From: Candidatus Multivoradales bacterium | GTDB taxonomy: Bacteria; Acidobacteriota; Thermoanaerobaculia; Multivoradales; Multivoraceae | Reading direction: 5' to 3' | NCBI GenBank assembly: GCA_965223325.1 | Contig: CBDCWI010000002.1 | Span: forward strand, 1,760,001 to 1,824,000 | DNA length: 64,000 nt | Shown here: in pieces, positions 1 to 9,563 of the stretch | How the letters are laid out: each line of letters starts with the position of its first letter | How positions within the stretch are numbered: position 1 is the first letter of the stretch | Translations under genes and position numbers: made by a program | Notes under the pieces: model-generated | What the model was told of the DNA's origin: nothing | Databases searched by the model: none | What the model saw: the letters and a program-made list of their open reading frames with translations, nothing else

Positions 1-690
1 CAACCAGGCTGGCAAGAAGCAACCGCCCTGCGCATCTACCTCGAAGGCGACGGGCTACCTTTCATCACGCCGGTTCAGCCGGCAAGAGATCCACACCCAC
101 ACCGCGCCCTCGCTCTCGAGCTCGCGATCGCCGACCCTCAGCCGGCAGTGTGGATCGGTCGACCCTGCTACCACCGCGACCTCAAGAAGGGTGAGGCCTG
201 CCCTCAGGGCTTGTGGACTGAAGGCCGCTACTCGGACGATGTCGTTTCTGCGCTGGTTCTGGCGATCGAGGACTTGCTGGGGCGGGCCCAGGAGTCGACA
301 GGCGAAAGGCCGGTGGAGCTCTTTGGCTACTCGGGCGGCGGAGTGCTCGCCGTCCTCCTGGCACACCGCCTGCCTGAGGTCGAGCGCATCGTCACCGTCG
401 CTGCCAACATCGATCTGGTCGCCTGGACCGACCTGCACGCCTACAGCCCGCTCACCAGTTCACTCGATCCGGCGACTCTCGGTGCGCCGCCCCACGAGCC
501 CCGTCAGGAGCACATCGCCGGGGCCCTGGACCGCAACGTTCCCGGCGCCCTCATCGAAGCGGTGGTCGGGGAATGGCCAAACACCCGCTTCCTCGAAATC
601 GAGGCAGCCGACCACGCCTGCTGCTGGCTAGAAGGATGGCCCCAACTGCTCAGCCGTCTCGACGAAGAATTCGACTCGGGCTCTGGTTAG
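1..690 (+). CDS. Alpha/beta hydrolase (IYLEGDG...RPCY family), 5' end outside window
   Basis: The frame of ORF 148..690 is open back to position 1 (QPGWQEATALRIYLEGDGLPF...). It has a GYSGG nucleophile elbow, an Asp in 'GALDRNV' and a His in 'ADHACCW'. Confidence 0.8.
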   Translation, partial: QPGWQEATALRIYLEGDGLPFITPVQPARDPHPHRALALELAIADPQPAVWIGRPCYHRDLKKGEACPQGLWTEGRYSDDVVSALVLAIEDLLGRAQESTGERPVELFGYSGGGVLAVLLAHRLPEVERIVTVAANIDLVAWTDLHAYSPLTSSLDPATLGAPPHEPRQEHIAGALDRNVPGALIEAVVGEWPNTRFLEIEAADHACCWLEGWPQLLSRLDEEFDSGSG

Positions 691-699
691 GAGAGGGCC

Positions 700-865
700 C
701 TAGTACCCCGTACCATTGAAACGGATAGTGGCTGAGCGGATGATCGTGCTCGAGATCAAGGCGTCACGACGCAGGCATATTGGTGATCTGTCGAGGAGTG
801 ACAACACAGAGATCGAGCGCGAGAACCGCGCTGACGCTGTGCGTTTCAATGGCACGGGGTACTAG
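700..865. mobile_element. ERIC/IRU-like MITE (non-autonomous element with terminal inverted repeats)
   Basis: 24-nt inverted ends CTAGTACCCCGTACCATTGAAACG (700-723) and CGTTTCAATGGCACGGGGTACTAG (842-865) with 1 mismatch. CTAG occurs at both ends. The interior folds into nested stems and carries AAGGCG...CAACACAG motifs like those of ERIC. Confidence 0.75.
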
Positions 866-2424
866 CGCCGGACGAAGAAGAACTCGGAGACTCCGCCGCG
901 TGCCCAACGCATGCTGGCGAACTCCGGCACGGAATTGCTGGTCGCCTCGAGACTCTCGCTCATCTGACGGTGGAGCCGCGAAGCTTCGAGCACTCCCTCA
1001 TTGTTCTCGAGCACCTCGAGAAAGGCCTCGGTGAACGAAGCGCCACCGTTCTCGCCCGACGGCGCGAGCACCAGGCGGGCTCGACGATCGAGGAGCTGCC
1101 GAATCCAGAAGGCGCGCTTTTCTTCACTCTGGCCAACCGGCAGACGGGCCACCGAAGAACGACTGCGAAGACCAGTGAACTCTGAGTCGGCCACCACCAT
1201 GACGTGACGGGCCGGCATCAGATCGAGATGGTCGGCCAACAGTCCGTTGGGAATCCAGTTCGCCTTGTTCTCGGCATCGGCGTCGACCGGTTGCCAATAC
1301 GCCATGCTGCGATCCACGTCGCGAGTGCCGTGGCCGGCGTAGTAGATCAGCAGGTTGTCCTTCTCGGTCAGCGACTCCCGGAGGCGATTGAGAGCCCGCA
1401 ACACATCAGCTCGGGTCGCGTCCGTGAGCAGCTCGACGTCGAAGTCGTAGCGCTCCTCGAGCGTCTTGGCGACCTTCCTGGCATCGCTCGCTGCATTGGC
1501 AACCGTTGGCAGGTGCTGGTAGGCCGAGTTGCCGATCACCAGTGCGTGATAGCTGCCGAAGCGCAGCGCAGACGGGTCGAACACCGAGCCGGCCTCGACC
1601 TGCTCGACCGAAACCGTGGCGCGCTTCTCGAGTTCGGCAACCTCGCGGGCCTTCTTCTGGAGCTCTTTCTGGTTGCTGTCGAGCTCCGAGCGAAGGCGGC
1701 TCACCAGACCCTCCAGGGTCTCTGCCCGCGAGCTCTCGGAATCGGCCGCGGCCCGGATCTGGCCGAGCTGGTTCTCGAGCTCGGCCACTTCGCGCTCGAG
1801 GGTCTGTACGGTTTGCTCGCGCTTGGCGATCTCACCGCGTAGACCTTCCAGGGCGCGCAACTCGCTAGCTTCGAGAACGACGAGGTTCTCAGCCGAACCG
1901 GCGGCGCTGCGGTAGAGGTTGAAGGCCTGTTCGACATCTCGCGCGACACCGAGACCCTCTTCGTGGAGCCAGGCCAGGGCGATCTTGGCCGGGGCATAGC
2001 CCTGTTCGGCGGCCATGCCGTACCAACGGGCGGCGGCCGCATAGTCCGGCACCACACCGAGGCCCTTCTCTTCGATCTGGCCGACGTAGTACTGAGCTTC
2101 CGGATCGCCCGCCTCGGCCGCCGGCTTCCAGGCGTCCAACGAGGTGGCGTAGTTGGCCTGATCGGGCTCGGTGTACTCGCCCCCACGAATGCGGCAATCG
2201 GCAGCGGTGGTGCGAATTGGTTGACGGGCCGTCAGGTAGAGGTTGCGCGACCCGAGGCGGCGCACGCGCGACGGCAGCAGACAGTCGACGATCACCAGAT
2301 CGTCGGGGTCAACGGTCTTCTGGCGAGACTTCTTTCCAACTGCATGAGAAGCAGGTGGGACAAGCGACGAAAGCAGGAAGAGAAACGAACTACCGAGAAC
2401 GAGGAGGGATCGTCTGGGGTTCAT
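862..2424 (-). CDS. Secreted Sel1-repeat / coiled-coil / caspase-like (peptidase C14) protein, probably inactive
   Basis: Signal peptide, Sel1 repeats (GDPEAQYYVG, AAARWYGMAAEQG) and a coiled coil. The C14 domain has HALVIGN and YYAGHG, but the catalytic Cys motif reads DSEFTG. Confidence 0.85.
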   Translation of the reverse strand: MNPRRSLLVLGSSFLFLLSSLVPPASHAVGKKSRQKTVDPDDLVIVDCLLPSRVRRLGSRNLYLTARQPIRTTAADCRIRGGEYTEPDQANYATSLDAWKPAAEAGDPEAQYYVGQIEEKGLGVVPDYAAAARWYGMAAEQGYAPAKIALAWLHEEGLGVARDVEQAFNLYRSAAGSAENLVVLEASELRALEGLRGEIAKREQTVQTLEREVAELENQLGQIRAAADSESSRAETLEGLVSRLRSELDSNQKELQKKAREVAELEKRATVSVEQVEAGSVFDPSALRFGSYHALVIGNSAYQHLPTVANAASDARKVAKTLEERYDFDVELLTDATRADVLRALNRLRESLTEKDNLLIYYAGHGTRDVDRSMAYWQPVDADAENKANWIPNGLLADHLDLMPARHVMVVADSEFTGLRSRSSVARLPVGQSEEKRAFWIRQLLDRRARLVLAPSGENGGASFTEAFLEVLENNEGVLEASRLHRQMSESLEATSNSVPEFASMRWARGGVSEFFFVRR

Positions 2425-2509
2425 GATGTGGGCTCCTTTGGGGGGACGGGCGATAGGCGAAAAGCAGAATCGAATGCAGGAAAACGGAAACGAGAAAAGT
2501 TGAAGGGTC

Positions 2510-5500
2510 TTAGAAGGTCTTGCGGTAGCCGACGGTCAACGTGGTGGTATCGAGATCGTCGCGCTCGAGATCGGTGTCGCCAAGGAAGAAGAAGGAATGA
2601 CCCCGCGGCAGGGTCAGATTCAGTCCCACACCAACGTTCAGGTAGTCGCGGTCTGGGTCCTCGGTGAGAATGAAGAACTGCTCACCCGTCGGATCGAGCG
2701 CCAGGCGGCCGGCAACCGAACGCACATCGTCCTCGAACTCATGCAGCCAGGTGGCACGCATGATCGGCTGGATAACACCCCAGTCGCGAGAGTAAGAAAA
2801 GGTCATATCGAAGCCGGCTTCGGTGACCAGCGACTCTGCCGACTGGTCAGAGATCGTCAGGCCGAGCGCACCGCCACCGGTTTCGGTGTAGCCGTCGACA
2901 TTGACGTCAGTCCAGTTAACTCGGGCAATCCCGCCCAGAATTCCACGGTTTCCGAGCCGGAAATCGTGGCCCAGGCCGAGGTGGAAGGCCAGCGCGTCGG
3001 TCGAGGTCGAACCAAGCGCAGTCAGGGTTCCGAGGTTGCCCGGCTGGCGGATCTGGCGCTCGAGGTCGAAATCGATCTGCGCGAAGGTCGCCGCTACGTC
3101 GACGTGGAAGGCTCGCTTCTGCCAACCGGTGTAGAGCGTCAGGCTGTAGCCCTCGGCATCGGCAGTGCCATTGTCGTGCGAGAACTCGGTGTCACCCTGC
3201 GTGTAGCCGATCGCGCCACCCATCCACATGTTGTTGGTGACCTGGTAGTCGACACCAGTGGTCAGGCCCTGGGTTTCGAAGTCGTAGCCGCCTTCGCGAC
3301 CGCTGTCCGGGCGATCACCAAAGGCGAGGCGCCCAGTCACGAACCAGCCGAGGCGATGCTGATCGATTGACGAGTCGGTGCGGCCCGGCCCGTCCGGCTC
3401 ATCGGCGCTTGCACCACCACCGCGTAGCCGGTCGAGTGCCCGATCGACCCCTCGGTCGAGGGCTTCCGGGTCGACGGACTGATCGTAGGGCGAACGCCCG
3501 GCCTGGGCCAGCGCTGCGACCGGAACGTTCTCGCCGCGCACGCTCATGCCGAGGCCCGCGATACCGTTGGTGGCCGCTCCCGAGCGCAGCGCGCGCAGGC
3601 GAGCCGCGACGTTGCCGGTCTGAATCAAAGCGCCACCCATTCCGATGCGAGCCGGCACGGTGATCTCTTCGGGCGTGGCCTCTTCGATCAAAGCGCGCTG
3701 CTCTTCAGGGGGCAAGCTGAAAATCTGCTGACAGCTGACGGCAAGATCTCCCTCGGCCGTCGCACAGGCCGAGTCGATCGCACCCGCAAACGAAGACTCG
3801 TTGGGGGACTCGTCTTCGTCAAAAAGATCGGCCGTGTTGCCGGAGACGGTGATCACGAAGGTGATGCGTTGGCCGGTAGCCGCCGAGGTCGCAACAACGG
3901 TGTAATCGCCGGGAATCGGCCCGAGCGCAACCCGCTGGCTGGCGGTGCCGGAAGCATCGGCTGCAGTGGTGGCTCCGTCCTGGAGAGTCACGCCCGTCGC
4001 CGACCAGGTCACCGCGGTGCCCACCAGGAGGTTGCCGTTTCCGTCTCTGATCTCGGTGCTCAGGACGATCGTCGTGTCGACCTTGCCAGCCACTTCGATG
4101 GTCACGTCGGGCGGCGCTGGAATGGTGGGAGTGCCACCGCCACCGCCACCATTACCGCCACCGCCGCCGTTGCCACCGCCGCCGTTGCCGCCACCACCGC
4201 CGCCGTTGCCACCACCACCACCGCCGTTGCCACCACCGCCACCGCCACCGGTGGAGTCGTCGTCGTTGACGATCGTCACGGTGCCGCTGGTCATCTCCTG
4301 GTCGAGACCGGTGAGGCCTTCGACAATGACTTCGAACGTCTCGTTTGCTTCGGGCTCGAGGTCGCCACGGATGCTGACCTCGAAAGAGGCGCTGTTCGAA
4401 CCCGCTGGAATCGTGACCTGGCCGCTTCCGGCAACGTAGTCGGTGTCGTCGGTCGCCGTGCCGTTCTGGGTCCGCCAGTTGCCAGTGAGGTCTACGGCCA
4501 GCGGCTCGCTGACGGCAAACGTCATGGTCACGGCGCTCAGGCCCGAGTCGCCTTCGGGTACCGAGACATCCTGGAGCGACGGAGTAGGCAAACCGCCGCC
4601 ACCACCACCGGCCGCGTCGTCGTTCTGGATAGTGACCGTACCGGCTGCCTTGATCACGCTGACGGTGGCGTTGGCCGAGATTTCGACGGTGAAGGCCTCA
4701 TCCTCTTCGACCGCCGTGTCGCCGAGCACGAAGACCTCAATGTCGCCACGCGTCTCACCGGCAGCGAGCTGCAAGGTGCCTGAAGCCATGACGAAATCCT
4801 CCCCAGCGGTGGCTGTTCCCGCAACCGCCTGCCACGCGACATCGAGAACCGCGGGCAGGGCTTCGCTCACAGTCACCGGTAGGAGAACCGAGAACTGACC
4901 GCCGTTGCCCTCTGCAAGACTGACGTCGCCGATCTCGAGAGTGGGCAGCGCGGGACCATCATCGTCGGCGATTTCGATCGTCACCCGGGTGCGGTCCAGG
5001 GTTGCGTTCTCAACACCCGAAAGGTCGACGAAGAAGCGCTCCAACACCTCCTGCACATCATCGTCGATGATCTGCAGAGGAATCGTCGCCTGTGACTGGC
5101 CAACGCCGATGGTGACCGTCCCGGTTGCCGCGACAAAGTCACTCCCAGCTGCAGCCGAGTCATCGCTGGTCGCATAGGTGAAACGAATCGGGCCCTGGCG
5201 GTCGCCATTGACGTTGACAGCAAGCTCGAGGCTACCGCCGTTGGCACTCTCGGTCACGCGCACGTCGCCAACCGACACCACCGGCGGCGCCGTGCCCCCG
5301 CCCTGACCATCGTCATCATCATCGGTGATCTCAACAACGACGCGCGGACTCGCAAGCGTCGCGTTGACGACATCGGTGAGATCGACGAAGAACTGCTCGG
5401 GGTCTTCCACCTCGAGGTCGTCGAGGATCGTAAGGCGAATCGTGGCACCCTGTTGACCGACGCCGATGGTGACCTGCCCGGTTTCCTGGACGTAGTCCGA

Positions 5501-7177
5501 GCCGGCAATCGCCGTGTCGTCGGCGGTGGCGTAGGTAAAGGTGATCGGCCCCTGCCGGGCTCCCGAAACGCTCACCGCCAAGTCGTAGATCCCACCGGCA
5601 TTGGCGCCCTCGACGACCGGCTGCGCATCGACAGAAACCACCGGCAGACCCGCACCACCGGGCTGGTCGTTGTCGTTGTCGTTGATGGTGACGGCAACTC
5701 GCGTGTTGGCAAGCGTCGCGTTACTCACCGCACTCAGATCGACGAAGAACTGCTCCGCGTCTTCTTGCTCAGCATCGTCGAGGATGCGGAGTCGAATGGT
5801 CGCGCTCTGCTGGATAGCACCGATCGTGACCTGGCCCGTCTCGGCCTCGTAGTCACTTCCGGCGATAGCAGTGCCGTCGGCGGTCGCGTAGGAGAAGGAA
5901 ATCGGGCCCTGACGGGTACCAACCACACTCACCGTCAGGTCGTAGTTACCGCCCGGATCGGCGCCCTCAGTGACCGGCTCTGCCTCGACTGTCACCACGG
6001 GAAGCGCACCGCCACCCCCACCACCATCGTCATCATTGATGGTGACCGCGACGCGGGTACTGGCGAGAGTCGCGTTGTTCACGCCACTCAGGTCGACGAA
6101 GAACTGCTCCTGGCCCTCGGCCTCGTCATCGTCGAGAATCCGCACTCGAATCGTCGCACTCTGTTGGCCGACGCCCAGAAAGACACCGCCATTTCCGGAC
6201 ACGTAGTCGGAACCCGCAACCGCGGTTCCATCTGCGGTTTCGAAGTTGAACGAAATCGGCCCCTGCCGGTCCCCGGCTACGGTGACGTCGAGATCGTAGT
6301 TGCCGCCCTGGTTGGCTCCCTCGGTCACCGGCGCAGCAGACACGGTGACCACCGGAAGCGCGGTGATGTCATCGTTGAGTACCAGGACAGTGGCCGATGA
6401 AGTCACGCCCATTTGCCCACCGTCAACCGACACGATCTGAATCGAGAAGTCCTCGTCGTTCTCGACTTCGACGTCACCAAGCACCGGGACCGAGATCGAC
6501 TTGGTGTCTTCGCCGGCCGAAAACGTCGTTTGGCCGAAGACCGCCCGATAGTCGCTGCCCGCTATCGCCGACCCATCGACCGTCTGGTAGGTCACGGTCA
6601 CCGGGTTGGCGGCGGCTGCGCTGAGCGTCAGCTTGGCGGACGCATCGGACTCACCGGCATTGCCTTCTAGAACCGAACTCGCTTCGATCGAAACCACTGG
6701 CAAGGCGACCCCGACGGCCGTATCGTCGTCGAGAACCGTCGCCGTGGCGATGCCCGCCGAAGCCGGCTGGATCGCTGCGCCCTCGGGATCGGAAAGCACG
6801 ACCTGGAAGGTCTCGACGTTCTCGGACAGGTCGTCACCAACGAGGGTGACGCGAATCGATCCAGAAAGCAGTGGTCCCTCGAGCTCCAGGCGACCGCTGG
6901 CCTCGACAAAGTCGGAACCCGGCTGCGCCGTGCCCGGCACCGTTTCCCAATTGACCGACACCCGATCGACGACGCGCTGCTGGCGCAGGAGCTGGACGGT
7001 AACCGGAAAGACGGCCTGCGAAAGGCCATCGGTCTCGGTGACCGTAATGTCGCCCACCGAAACCAGAGCCTCGGGGTCCTGCGCCGCAACGGCTGTCGAC
7101 AGGAACGCACCGACGAGCAGCGCACAGAGCAGAGCCGTGGCGTTGCGGGGCAGCGCGCAGAAGGTTGAAGCCAGCAT
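2510..7177 (-). CDS. Autotransporter adhesin with 8 Calx-beta repeats, Gly-rich linker, Ig-like domain and C-terminal beta-barrel
   Basis: Eight repeats of the form 'DGTAxAGSDY...I.DD...E..E.F.V.LS...VTI.DDD'. The autotransporter barrel ends in YRKTF. Start placed at ATG 7177, before the signal peptide, because the longer ORF start overlaps the divergent gene. Confidence 0.88.
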   Translation of the reverse strand: MLASTFCALPRNATALLCALLVGAFLSTAVAAQDPEALVSVGDITVTETDGLSQAVFPVTVQLLRQQRVVDRVSVNWETVPGTAQPGSDFVEASGRLELEGPLLSGSIRVTLVGDDLSENVETFQVVLSDPEGAAIQPASAGIATATVLDDDTAVGVALPVVSIEASSVLEGNAGESDASAKLTLSAAAANPVTVTYQTVDGSAIAGSDYRAVFGQTTFSAGEDTKSISVPVLGDVEVENDEDFSIQIVSVDGGQMGVTSSATVLVLNDDITALPVVTVSAAPVTEGANQGGNYDLDVTVAGDRQGPISFNFETADGTAVAGSDYVSGNGGVFLGVGQQSATIRVRILDDDEAEGQEQFFVDLSGVNNATLASTRVAVTINDDDGGGGGGALPVVTVEAEPVTEGADPGGNYDLTVSVVGTRQGPISFSYATADGTAIAGSDYEAETGQVTIGAIQQSATIRLRILDDAEQEDAEQFFVDLSAVSNATLANTRVAVTINDNDNDQPGGAGLPVVSVDAQPVVEGANAGGIYDLAVSVSGARQGPITFTYATADDTAIAGSDYVQETGQVTIGVGQQGATIRLTILDDLEVEDPEQFFVDLTDVVNATLASPRVVVEITDDDDDGQGGGTAPPVVSVGDVRVTESANGGSLELAVNVNGDRQGPIRFTYATSDDSAAAGSDFVAATGTVTIGVGQSQATIPLQIIDDDVQEVLERFFVDLSGVENATLDRTRVTIEIADDDGPALPTLEIGDVSLAEGNGGQFSVLLPVTVSEALPAVLDVAWQAVAGTATAGEDFVMASGTLQLAAGETRGDIEVFVLGDTAVEEDEAFTVEISANATVSVIKAAGTVTIQNDDAAGGGGGGLPTPSLQDVSVPEGDSGLSAVTMTFAVSEPLAVDLTGNWRTQNGTATDDTDYVAGSGQVTIPAGSNSASFEVSIRGDLEPEANETFEVIVEGLTGLDQEMTSGTVTIVNDDDSTGGGGGGGNGGGGGGNGGGGGGNGGGGNGGGGGNGGGGGGTPTIPAPPDVTIEVAGKVDTTIVLSTEIRDGNGNLLVGTAVTWSATGVTLQDGATTAADASGTASQRVALGPIPGDYTVVATSAATGQRITFVITVSGNTADLFDEDESPNESSFAGAIDSACATAEGDLAVSCQQIFSLPPEEQRALIEEATPEEITVPARIGMGGALIQTGNVAARLRALRSGAATNGIAGLGMSVRGENVPVAALAQAGRSPYDQSVDPEALDRGVDRALDRLRGGGASADEPDGPGRTDSSIDQHRLGWFVTGRLAFGDRPDSGREGGYDFETQGLTTGVDYQVTNNMWMGGAIGYTQGDTEFSHDNGTADAEGYSLTLYTGWQKRAFHVDVAATFAQIDFDLERQIRQPGNLGTLTALGSTSTDALAFHLGLGHDFRLGNRGILGGIARVNWTDVNVDGYTETGGGALGLTISDQSAESLVTEAGFDMTFSYSRDWGVIQPIMRATWLHEFEDDVRSVAGRLALDPTGEQFFILTEDPDRDYLNVGVGLNLTLPRGHSFFFLGDTDLERDDLDTTTLTVGYRKTF
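4133..4250 (-). repeat. Low-complexity GGN repeat encoding a G(n)N linker in the autotransporter
   Basis: CCACCG/CCGCCGTTG iterations encode GGGGGGGNGGGGGGNGGG... Confidence 0.9.
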
Positions 7178-7501
7178 GGTATTCCAGAGTCCCGGCCAGA
7201 GCCCTACCGATGGCAGCGCACAGCCTCCAGGAGAGAGTCGGTTGGGCACGTCGATTTCTCGATGGGGCCTTAGAAAAAGCGACACATAGACGTCCCGGCC
7301 ACGCCAATGGGCGTACCCGAACAGGTCAAGAAGAACACCCCTTATTTTGTCATAGGCAGCTATGTATGAATAGAGCGGCCCCTCTCCGAAGCCACGACTT
7401 CTGGTATATCTTGCTGAACGTCGCACACCGAAACTCGGAAACCTATTGGCACATCCGGCTGTCACCTCCCAGCCGTACTCACCAGCGGAGACAAGCGAGC
7501 G

Positions 7502-8638
7502 ATGAGGGAATGGCGCCTTCAGGGTGCGCTCGAGCCAGAGGGGCCGATCTGGCAAACGCGCATCCGCCCACTGCCCTTTCAGATCGGGCGGCTTCCCCGT
7601 GCCGGTCTGACGCTGGTGTCGTCGAACGTTTCCCTCGAGCATGCCGAGCTCTTCGAGCGCGACGGTGAGCTCTGGCTGCGCGATCTCGGCAGCACCAACG
7701 GAACCTTCGTCAATGGCGAACCGGTGCGCTCGGAACGCTGCCTACGCGAGGGCGACCTCCTCCACTTCGCCGATCTCGATTTCAAACTCATCGAACACGT
7801 CGAGAACGAGCGCACCACTGCCTCGGAGGGCACGCTGCAAATGCAGCGCACGGTGCCGGGCATGCCCCCGCGGATGATCCGCGGCGTCAAGGAGCTTCTC
7901 GACTCGGTTGAGGGCGCCGTCACCGTCGCCTATCAGGAGATCGTCACCCCGACGACCGGCAGGGTCGTCGGCTATGAGGCTCTCGGCCGCGCGACCGCCG
8001 ATGACCTGCCCCAGAACCCCAACGAGCTGCTCGACCTGGCGGACCGCCTCGACCTCTTGCCGGAGACCATCGGAGCGCTCCGCCGTAAGGCGCTCCTGGA
8101 TGCCCCGCGTTTCCCACTCACTCCTGACGGTGGCCAGCCGGCGCTCTTCCTGAATTCGCATCCGCGCGAGGTCGAGTCACCCGTCGCCCTGTATGAAGAC
8201 CTACGGAAGTTTCGAGAAGACCAGCCGACCATTCCACTGGTGGTCGAAATCCACGAGACGGCGATCGGGCGGGGTGCGGCGTTCGACCACTTCCGCCAGC
8301 AGCTCGACGATCTCGGTGCTCAACAGGCTTTCGACGACTTCGGAAGCGGGGTCGACCGGCTGCGCGAGCTGTGCGAACGATCCCCGCACATCGTCAAGTT
8401 CGATCAGCACTTTGCACGCGACCTCGCGCACGGTTCGAAGCAACGCTCGCTGCTCACCGCGCTTCTCGACACCATGGCCGCCTTCGGGATCAAGACCCTC
8501 TTGGAGGGCATTGAAACCCAGGACGAGGCACTCGAGTGCGGCAGCCTCGGCTTCGACTTTGCACAGGGCTACTTCTGGGGTCGGCCACGAAGCCTCGAAG
8601 ACATGATTCGAGAGGCGAGGGCACCTCGGACGGATTGA
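7502..8638 (+). CDS. FHA + EAL domain protein (putative c-di-GMP phosphodiesterase)
   Basis: FHA motifs IGR, VSLEHA and DLGSTNGTFVNG. EAL motifs YEALGR, FLNS, VEIHE, DDFG, VKFD, EGIET and QGY are all present. Confidence 0.9.
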   Translation: MREWRLQGALEPEGPIWQTRIRPLPFQIGRLPRAGLTLVSSNVSLEHAELFERDGELWLRDLGSTNGTFVNGEPVRSERCLREGDLLHFADLDFKLIEHVENERTTASEGTLQMQRTVPGMPPRMIRGVKELLDSVEGAVTVAYQEIVTPTTGRVVGYEALGRATADDLPQNPNELLDLADRLDLLPETIGALRRKALLDAPRFPLTPDGGQPALFLNSHPREVESPVALYEDLRKFREDQPTIPLVVEIHETAIGRGAAFDHFRQQLDDLGAQQAFDDFGSGVDRLRELCERSPHIVKFDQHFARDLAHGSKQRSLLTALLDTMAAFGIKTLLEGIETQDEALECGSLGFDFAQGYFWGRPRSLEDMIREARAPRTD

Positions 8639-8657
8639 GGTTCCGGTCGCTTTCGGC

Positions 8658-9563
8658 CTACGGCACGACGCTCTGTTCGATCTCGCGGGGGCGAATCAGG
8701 CACTCCTGGGCGGCTGAGCACACCAGGTTGCCGTCGCGATCGAAGAAGCGACCGCGCACGAAACCGCGGGCACCACAGGCAGTCGGGCTTTCCTTCGAAA
8801 ACAGCAACCAATCGTCGGCTCGAAACGGCCTGTGAAACCACATGGCGTGGTCGAGGCTGGCGCCCTGAATGGTGAAGCCGCCGAGCGATTCGCGATGCGG
8901 CAGCATCGAGGTACTCATGAAGTCCATATCGGACATGTAGGCCAACAACGAAAGATGTACCGAGCGATCGTCTGGCAGCTCCCCCTTGATGCGCATCCAG
9001 GTGTTCTTCGAAGGCTGCTCGGCTTTGCCGTGGCGAGGAATCATGTAGATGCCTTCGCACTGACGGCTGTCGATGGCCGCAAAGCGAAAGGCAAAGCGCT
9101 CGATCGTCGGGTCTTTCTTGGCCAGCCGCTGGTAGTAGTCCCAGTCGCTCTCGAGGTCTTCTGGCGCGGGGACGTCAGGCATTGGATCCTGGTGCTCGAG
9201 GCCACCTTCGTCGATCTGAAAAGAGCCCGCCATATTGAAAATGGCGCGACCGTGCTGAACGCCAACCACGCGCCGCGTGGTGAAGCTTCGCCCGTCGCGA
9301 ATGCGGTCGACCTCGAAGAGAATCGGGCGCGCGTGGTCCCCCCGGCGTAGGAAATAGCCGTGAATCGAATGCAGCGAGCGGTCAGGCGGGGTGGTCCGGC
9401 TGGCGGCAACGATCGCCTGCCCCAGAACCTGGCCACCGAAGACGTGAGTACCAGGACCGTTCTGAGCCCGAAAGAGGTTCTCTTCGATGGACTCCATCTG
9501 CAACAAGTCGACCATCGACTTGACGGTCTGGTCTGCCGCCGCCGACTGCGGAGAATCGCTCAA
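8658..9563 (-). CDS. tesB: Acyl-CoA thioesterase II
   Basis: VFGGQVLGQA, HSIHGYFLR, RDGRSFTTR, YMSD, ASLDHAMWFHRPF and QE motifs. The TTG start at 9563 overlaps the upstream stop codon (TTGA). Confidence 0.9.
   Translation of the reverse strand: MSDSPQSAAADQTVKSMVDLLQMESIEENLFRAQNGPGTHVFGGQVLGQAIVAASRTTPPDRSLHSIHGYFLRRGDHARPILFEVDRIRDGRSFTTRRVVGVQHGRAIFNMAGSFQIDEGGLEHQDPMPDVPAPEDLESDWDYYQRLAKKDPTIERFAFRFAAIDSRQCEGIYMIPRHGKAEQPSKNTWMRIKGELPDDRSVHLSLLAYMSDMDFMSTSMLPHRESLGGFTIQGASLDHAMWFHRPFRADDWLLFSKESPTACGARGFVRGRFFDRDGNLVCSAAQECLIRPREIEQSVVP

Noticed and set aside
3945-4439. Poly-proline ORF on the + strand
   Set aside because: It is the antisense reading of the autotransporter's poly-Gly linker.
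7178-7642. N-terminal 155-aa extension of the autotransporter ORF
   Set aside because: It overlaps the divergent FHA-EAL gene and its promoter region, and the signal peptide begins only after 7177.
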